From Flavobacteriaceae bacterium (GTDB lineage: Bacteria; Bacteroidota; Bacteroidia; UKL13-3): a stretch of DNA of 59,730 bases. Under the pieces are notes generated by a model that searched no databases, had not been told where the DNA came from, and saw nothing but the letters and a program-made list of their open reading frames with translations. A program made the position numbers and the translations under genes. The DNA lies in contig JANYDJ010000074.1 of assembly GCA_025363675.1 (NCBI GenBank), positions 1-59,730 of the forward strand, given 5' to 3'. Below, piece by piece: positions 53,940 through 59,730 of this stretch. The first letter of the stretch is position 1; every line of letters begins with the position of its first letter.

Positions 53940-56792
53940 ATGGGGAATTATTTACGTAGCATTTTAATTGTAGTTTTATTTATTGTTTCGTTGCATTCAA
54001 TTGCTGGGCATGTTGCAGGTGCTTATATAGAGTACAAATGTTTAGGGCAAGATTCTTTTGAAGTAACACTACACGTTTATAAAGATTGCAAAGGGGTAAG
54101 CCTTGCTGCACCCAATTTGGGAGTAGAGGGTGTTGGATGCACTTATTCTAAAAGCTATGGAATGACGCAAATATCTTGTGGTGATGTTACTCCTGTCTGT
54201 AAAAAATCTTGTAGTAAGTGTGACGGTTCTAATTGCAATGCAAATGGATACCCTACTGGAAGTAATCCTAGTTGTACTTTCCCTTATGGTATTGAAAAAT
54301 TGGTTTTCAAAAAGACTATAACTTTTAAAAGCACGAATTGTTGTAAGTTCCGTTTAGAATATTCTGCTTACGGCCGCAGTGGGAATATAACCACTTGTTG
54401 TGCAGCAGATAATTTATATATATATTCAGAACTGGACCGTTGTGTTTCACCACAAAATAGTTCACCGCAAATTTCCTATGAGCCATTAAGTATGATATGC
54501 AAAGGAAATTGTATTTCATCTAATGTAGGTGCTCTAGACACAATCAACCATGATTCTTTATCCTATCATCTGACTTCTGCTCTAAATGGATTTGGAAGTA
54601 ATTGTACCTATCAAGGGTCATATACTTATCAGTATCCATTATATTATGATGGTTTCCCCAATACAAAAACTTTCGACCCAAAAACTTGTAAAGGATTTGT
54701 GTTAGATTCTATAACCGGAAATTTAATGTTTAAGCCTATGCAACAGCAGGTTGCTGTTGTTGTCATAGAAATAAAGGAATGGCGAAGAGATAGTAATTGT
54801 AAAGCAAAATTAATTGGCAGCATGCATATAGACTATCAATTAACTATCGTAGCTAATTGTACCAATACTCCTCCCATACTTTCTGATACAACTACTATCT
54901 GTGGTTTTGCTGGCGATAAAATATGTATCAATAATATATTAAGTGCTGATTCTGGAAGTAAGGATACCGTTTTACTAAGTTGGAACCATGGAATACCCAA
55001 AGGCTCATTCACAACATCATTTCCTTCAAAAAGCAAAAAACAACAATTCGATTTTTGCTGGCAAACAACTGCAGCAGATAGTAGTAATATACCCTATTAT
55101 TTTACAGCTTATGCCACGGATGATGCATGCCCACTGCAAGGCCGCACCATGCGTGCATACTCGGTTACCGTGAGTAAGAGACCAGATGTTTCTCGTACGA
55201 TTTCTTATATCGGTTGCGGAAAAATAAAACTACAAGCCGCTCCTTTAAATCAAAATTTTTGCCTTGATATATATAATTATAAATGGTATGTAGATGGTGC
55301 CTTTTATAATAGTAAAGATACGATTGCAAATGTAAAAAAGGGAGGAAATATATATATAACACTTGCAGTTGGTATTAATGGTTGTACTACCTATTTTTAT
55401 GATTCTATTATAGTTCAACCATTTTTAAATATTGATATTGGCCCTGATACTGCCATATGCAAAGGAACTTCAATCAATATAAAATCTAAAGTCACAAATG
55501 GGTTTCCGCCTTATAGATATAAATGGTTAAGCAATGCCAACGATTCTTTGGATAATTATTCTTACTTGGGTTTGCAAGATACCGATATCATTTGTAAAAT
55601 AACAGATAGTGTGGGCTGTAATAATTTTGATACTATACATATTGCTATTTTGTCATTACCAAATTTTACCATATATAGTCAACAAAAATGTTTTGGAGAC
55701 ACTATAAATTTTCATGCTTATAATAAATTTAATGTAGTAAATTTTAGTTGGATGGATTTACAAACTGGGAAAATAGTTTGTACGCAACAATATTATAATA
55801 CCAATACACCACAAAAATTATTGGTTGTGGGTACTGATAAAAACGGTTGCATAAGCTTTGATACCGCCATCACCAATTATTTGCCCGCCATAAATACCTT
55901 TGCTGGTGCCGATAAATTTCAATGCCCGAAAGCTATAACAAATATGATTTCGAATGGGGTCGATTCTACATTTTGGTCAGTGCTTGGCAGTAAGATTTTT
56001 TTCTATCAAGGTAATATCTATTCATATAGTTTCGATTCAAATACAACACTTTTATTGAAAGCAATTAAAACCGTGAGCGGCTTCAATTGCGTTGGATATG
56101 ATACATTAAATATATCAATACTACCCAACCCTATTATTACACTTCCAGCAAATTATTATAATTGCAAAGGTGTTATTACTTCCCTTATTGCATCGGGCCA
56201 AAATAGTTATTCTTACAAATGGGATACTGGCGATACCACCTACTATACCAAGGCATCACAAACAGGATATTATAAAGTAATCGCTACTGATTCCAATGAT
56301 TGTATAGATTCTGCCACCACACAATTAAGTAATTTCCCTTCGCAACAAGTTTCAATTAATATATATAATGATACCTTAATTGCTAGTAATTCAAACTTTG
56401 TATTATACGATTGGTACCGCAATAGTTTGTTTGATACCAGTACCATTGTTCCCTGGCTGTATATTAAACTGTTTGGAAATTACAGCTTATATGCAGTAGA
56501 TTCAAATGGCTGTATCGCCACCTCAAATCTATTAAATATTAGCACTCTCAAAAGTGGTATATATACAGTGCCTAACATAGACGGTATAAAGGTTTACCCC
56601 AATCCTTCTTCTGGAATATACTATATAGAAAGTCCTGTTACAATTAGTGATTTAATGATTTATGATTTAATGGGAAGAAGAATATATAATAATACAAACA
56701 ATCTGAATGTACTTGATTTGAGCGGACAGCCCGAAGGGATATATTTGTTGCAGATTAATAAAAGTGTTTGGGTAAAGCTAAGTAAACAGTAA
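53940..56792 (+). CDS. large Cys-rich secreted protein with SprB-like repeats and T9SS C-terminal sorting domain
   Basis: Signal peptide from the ATG at 53940. There are many Cys-containing modules, e.g. ICKGTSINIKSKVTNGFPPYRYKW and CKGVITSLIASGQNSYSYKW. The C-terminal tail is VYPNPSSGIYYIES...IYDLMGRRIY...GIYLLQI. Confidence 0.75.
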   Translation: MGNYLRSILIVVLFIVSLHSIAGHVAGAYIEYKCLGQDSFEVTLHVYKDCKGVSLAAPNLGVEGVGCTYSKSYGMTQISCGDVTPVCKKSCSKCDGSNCNANGYPTGSNPSCTFPYGIEKLVFKKTITFKSTNCCKFRLEYSAYGRSGNITTCCAADNLYIYSELDRCVSPQNSSPQISYEPLSMICKGNCISSNVGALDTINHDSLSYHLTSALNGFGSNCTYQGSYTYQYPLYYDGFPNTKTFDPKTCKGFVLDSITGNLMFKPMQQQVAVVVIEIKEWRRDSNCKAKLIGSMHIDYQLTIVANCTNTPPILSDTTTICGFAGDKICINNILSADSGSKDTVLLSWNHGIPKGSFTTSFPSKSKKQQFDFCWQTTAADSSNIPYYFTAYATDDACPLQGRTMRAYSVTVSKRPDVSRTISYIGCGKIKLQAAPLNQNFCLDIYNYKWYVDGAFYNSKDTIANVKKGGNIYITLAVGINGCTTYFYDSIIVQPFLNIDIGPDTAICKGTSINIKSKVTNGFPPYRYKWLSNANDSLDNYSYLGLQDTDIICKITDSVGCNNFDTIHIAILSLPNFTIYSQQKCFGDTINFHAYNKFNVVNFSWMDLQTGKIVCTQQYYNTNTPQKLLVVGTDKNGCISFDTAITNYLPAINTFAGADKFQCPKAITNMISNGVDSTFWSVLGSKIFFYQGNIYSYSFDSNTTLLLKAIKTVSGFNCVGYDTLNISILPNPIITLPANYYNCKGVITSLIASGQNSYSYKWDTGDTTYYTKASQTGYYKVIATDSNDCIDSATTQLSNFPSQQVSINIYNDTLIASNSNFVLYDWYRNSLFDTSTIVPWLYIKLFGNYSLYAVDSNGCIATSNLLNISTLKSGIYTVPNIDGIKVYPNPSSGIYYIESPVTISDLMIYDLMGRRIYNNTNNLNVLDLSGQPEGIYLLQINKSVWVKLSKQ

Positions 56793-56794
56793 AT

Positions 56795-56860
56795 AGGAGT
56801 AAGGAATAAGTACCTGCTGCGTCAGCTCCTTACTCCTTATTCCTTACCACTTACCACTTA
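56795..56860. repeat. AAGGAATA-type hairpin with a GCGTCAGC core in the loop, followed by a CTTACCA x2 block
   Basis: AGGAGTAAGGAATAAG-TACCTGCTGCGTCAG-CTCCTTACTCCTTATTCCTTACCACTTACCACTTA. Confidence 0.7.
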
Positions 56861-56866
56861 TCTTTG
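56859..56866 (+). promoter_or_regulatory. -7 promoter box TAnnTTTG (TATCTTTG)
   Basis: Exact consensus match 6 nt upstream of the ATG at 56872. Confidence 0.45.
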
Positions 56867-56871
56867 CCTCC

Positions 56872-57639
56872 ATGATTTTTACCGATACGCATTCGCATCT
56901 TTATTCCACCCAATTTAATGCCGACATTGATGAAGTAGTTGCTAAAGCACAAGAAGCGGGAATAAAAAGGGTATTCCTTCCCAATGTGGATTTGGAAAGC
57001 ATCGAACAACTTAAAAATCTTACCGCCAAATATCCTGACGTAATGAAACCGATGATGGGTCTGCACCCCTGCGAGGTAAAAGAAAACTACAAAGAAGTTC
57101 TGGATATTATATATGCTGAATACCAAACAGGGAATTATATAGCAGTGGGCGAAATAGGAATGGATTTGTATTGGGACAAAACTACCGAAAATATCCAAGC
57201 CGATGCTTTTATTACCCAATGCAAATGGGCTGCTGCAAATAACCATGCCGTCTCGATTCATTGCAGAGAGGCTATTGGTCTGACCATAGAATTATTGCAA
57301 AAAGAAAAAATACCGGGCTTAAAAGGGGTGTTTCATTGCTTCGGTGGTTCCTTAATTCAAGCCAATGAAGTTATTGAAATGGGTTTTATGCTGGGAATTG
57401 GCGGTGTGGTCACCTATAAAAATACCGACCTGCGAGAAACTTTAAAACAGGTAAATTTGAAGCATATCGTTATAGAAACCGATTCTCCCTATTTGGCCCC
57501 TGTGCCCTATCGTGGTAAGCGGAACGACACCATATTTTTACTCGAAACCGCCAAAATATTGGCAGATATATATAGTTTAACACTAGCAGAAATTGCAGAC
57601 ACCACCACTAAAAATTCCATGGAAATATTTGGTTGTTAG
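56872..57639 (+). CDS. TatD-family metal-dependent hydrolase
   Basis: 255 aa with the motifs DTHSHL, GE.G.D, HCR.A, HCF.G and ETDSPYL. Confidence 0.9.
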   Translation: MIFTDTHSHLYSTQFNADIDEVVAKAQEAGIKRVFLPNVDLESIEQLKNLTAKYPDVMKPMMGLHPCEVKENYKEVLDIIYAEYQTGNYIAVGEIGMDLYWDKTTENIQADAFITQCKWAAANNHAVSIHCREAIGLTIELLQKEKIPGLKGVFHCFGGSLIQANEVIEMGFMLGIGGVVTYKNTDLRETLKQVNLKHIVIETDSPYLAPVPYRGKRNDTIFLLETAKILADIYSLTLAEIADTTTKNSMEIFGC

Positions 57640-57661
57640 TGCTAATTAGGTAAAACGGTTT

Positions 57662-57669
57662 TATTTTTG
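57662..57669 (+). promoter_or_regulatory. -7 promoter box TAnnTTTG (TATTTTTG)
   Basis: Exact consensus match 34 nt upstream of the ATG at 57703. The ORF-track TTG start at 57667 lies inside this box. Confidence 0.4.
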
Positions 57670-57702
57670 CAAACTGTCGTTTTCAATTTTAAAAAAAACA
57701 AA

Positions 57703-58176
57703 ATGAAAAAATTATTCTTTACTATCGCTATTATTTGTTCTTGCTTCTTTGCACATGCACAGTTTGATGCACCTCCAAAGGAATCTGCAGATACCATGAT
57801 GGGTATATCAGGGCAGAGCGTGTACCACAAATACATTATCGAAATTGTGGGTAACAAAAAGGATACTATCCATGTATTCGACTCAGCAAAAATAAAACTG
57901 CCTTTACCCAGCGAATACTATTTTGTTCGTGTATACCGACTCACCTTTAAAGGCGAGTTAAAAGATTATCGCGTAGTTAAATTCAACCTTGTGTTTAGCA
58001 ACGAAAGCGGACTGAACACTACTATGAGATCATTGAACAAATGGATGGAAGACCCGCTATTGTCCACCTTTAAAGAAGGACGCCCTGGCAGCGTGGTTTC
58101 CATTGGTGAAATTATGATTGAGGACGAAAGCAACAAACAACGAGATGTGGGTAGCTACCAACTTTTTTACTTTTAA
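57703..58176 (+). CDS. secreted hypothetical protein
   Basis: Signal peptide MKKLFFTIAIICSCFFAHAQ from the internal ATG. No other motif. Confidence 0.6.
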   Translation: MKKLFFTIAIICSCFFAHAQFDAPPKESADTMMGISGQSVYHKYIIEIVGNKKDTIHVFDSAKIKLPLPSEYYFVRVYRLTFKGELKDYRVVKFNLVFSNESGLNTTMRSLNKWMEDPLLSTFKEGRPGSVVSIGEIMIEDESNKQRDVGSYQLFYF

Positions 58177-58207
58177 ATATATAATTGATTCCAGAGAAAA
58201 ATAACTG

Positions 58208-59730
58208 ATGGGCAAAAAATACAGTGAGTACAACAAAATAGATTTTCCTAAATTTGAACAAGAAATATTAGCATTTTGGAAAGAACAACAGATTTTTAAA
58301 AAATCTATTGACAATAGAAACGATAACGAAGATTTTATTTTTTATGAAGGGCCTCCTTCAGCCAATGGCATGCCAGGCATTCACCATGTAATGGCTCGAG
58401 CTGTAAAGGATACTTTTTGTCGCTACAAAACTTTGCAAGGATATAAAGTTGATCGCAAAGGTGGTTGGGATACCCATGGCCTTCCTGTAGAATTGCAAGT
58501 TGAAAAGGAACTGGGCATTACCAAAGAAGATATTGGCACCGGTAAAAAAGATAAATACGGCAATGAGGTAACTATAAAATATTATAATGACCAATGCCGT
58601 AAAACTGTAATGCGTTACAAAGAGGTATGGAACAATCTTACCGAACGCATGGGCTATTGGGTCGATTTGGAACATCCTTATATTACTTATGAAAATAATT
58701 ATATAGAAAGTCTTTGGCATTTGTTAAAAATGTTATATGATAAAGGACTTATATATAAAGGTTATACCATACAACCCTATAGTCCCGCAGCCGGCACAGG
58801 GTTGAGCAGCCACGAGCTGAACCAACCGGGTACATATAAAGATGTGAAGGATATGACTGCGGTGGCGATGTTTAAGCTGAAGGACTATGATATTAATAAT
58901 TACAATAATCATGTTAAAGAAATTGTTGATGTAATCAAGTCTAAAAGTCATTCTCCAAATGACATATACTTTTTAGCTTGGACTACTACACCTTGGACTT
59001 TACCCAGTAATACTGCATTAGCAGTTGGGAAAAATATAGACTATGTTGTTGTAAACACTTTCAATCAGTATTCGGACGAGGACACCCCCAGTCAAATCAC
59101 CGTGATATTAGCACAAGCCTTATTGGGGAAATATTTCAGTGAGCAACTTGCAGAAATGCCTTTGTCTGACTACATAAAAGGGGATAAAAAAATACCATAT
59201 CAAATTGTTCATACTCTAAAAGGGAACGATTTAGAATACTTAGAATATGAACAGCTTTTAAAGTACGAAACTCCTTTTGAAGGTGATTCGTTTAGAGTCA
59301 TAATAGATCGTGAAAAAAACTTCGTAACAACAGAAGATGGAACAGGAATCGTACACATAGCTCCTAGTTTTGGGGCAGATGATTTTAGAGTAGCGAAAAA
59401 CAATAAAATTGGTTCGCTAACTCTTGTTGATTTAAGAGGGAGATTCGAAAACAGCGTTTCCGATTTTCAAGGAGAGTATGTAAAAGAGCAATACTATACC
59501 GAGGACGAGAAAAAGGTGGAAATTGAAAAGCTTAAAAATTTACCAGATTCACCCGATTTATACAAAAACAAATATAACAAACAAATAAGAGCTATTGTTA
59601 GTCGAACAAATGAATATTTAAGTGTGGATGAACGCATTGTATTAAAACTACAATTAGAAGGTAAGCTTTTCAAAAAAGAAAAATACGAACATACTTACCC
59701 GCACTGTTGGCGTACCGATAAACCTATATT
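58208..59730 (+). CDS. ileS: isoleucine--tRNA ligase (type 2), 5' portion truncated by the window end
   Basis: This gene is not in the ORF track because no stop is reached. My translation from the ATG at 58208 gives MGKKYSEYNKIDFPKFEQEILAFWKEQQIFKKSI...FYEGPPSANGMPGIHHVMARAVKD...GGWDTHGLPVE...YPHCWRTDKPI, the class I HIGH region and CP1 motifs of IleRS. Confidence 0.92.
   Translation, partial: MGKKYSEYNKIDFPKFEQEILAFWKEQQIFKKSIDNRNDNEDFIFYEGPPSANGMPGIHHVMARAVKDTFCRYKTLQGYKVDRKGGWDTHGLPVELQVEKELGITKEDIGTGKKDKYGNEVTIKYYNDQCRKTVMRYKEVWNNLTERMGYWVDLEHPYITYENNYIESLWHLLKMLYDKGLIYKGYTIQPYSPAAGTGLSSHELNQPGTYKDVKDMTAVAMFKLKDYDINNYNNHVKEIVDVIKSKSHSPNDIYFLAWTTTPWTLPSNTALAVGKNIDYVVVNTFNQYSDEDTPSQITVILAQALLGKYFSEQLAEMPLSDYIKGDKKIPYQIVHTLKGNDLEYLEYEQLLKYETPFEGDSFRVIIDREKNFVTTEDGTGIVHIAPSFGADDFRVAKNNKIGSLTLVDLRGRFENSVSDFQGEYVKEQYYTEDEKKVEIEKLKNLPDSPDLYKNKYNKQIRAIVSRTNEYLSVDERIVLKLQLEGKLFKKEKYEHTYPHCWRTDKPI

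Noticed and set aside
58057-59403. Minus-strand ORFs 58057-58314, 58358-58720, 58733-58951 and 59209-59403.
   Set aside because: They are antisense to the clearly recognisable ileS reading frame, which the ORF track omitted because it has no stop within the window.

Overview
This window looks like a chromosomal segment from a Bacteroidota genome. The evidence is five proteins with T9SS C-terminal sorting domains, TAnnTTTG -7 promoter boxes just upstream of many start codons, a type-2 IleRS, and a DUF3822-like gene next to rsmD. About 60 genes are present and most are housekeeping: fbaB, lpxH-like, rsmD, mutS2, selU/mnmH, purC, rimO, an ABC-F ATPase, tyrS, tatD-family and the 5' part of ileS. 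The ileS fragment is missing from the ORF track because it runs off the window end. Other content includes a yfiR-like / TonB-dependent receptor / hybrid histidine kinase / PAP2 operon, two ECF sigma loci, and a stress-type cluster (DUF1697, pirin, YdeI, OsmC, tryptophan 2,3-dioxygenase). There is one intact IS5-family element with perfect 19-bp inverted repeats, and an FMN-reductase gene interrupted by two in-frame TAA codons. Intergenic DNA is crowded with several families of palindromic repeats, which also explain several spurious ORFs and N-terminal extensions in the ORF track. Two small accessory islets stand out as candidate uncharacterised defence modules. (1) At 18.0-19.9 kb, a very AT-rich two-gene cassette encodes an ABC/AAA_21-type ATPase plus a Toprim-like partner (a split OLD/PARIS-like layout), inserted between the yfiR operon and mutS2. 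(2) At 37.2-39.3 kb, an islet bracketed by a 20-nt direct repeat carries a RelE/HigB-type TA pair, a decayed second TA locus, and a gene with an AbiTii-like N-terminal region fused to a SEFIR/TIR-like domain, preceded by a perfect 15+15 bp palindrome. I saw no rRNA, tRNA or CRISPR array. All family assignments come from motif recognition by eye and need HMM or structure confirmation.
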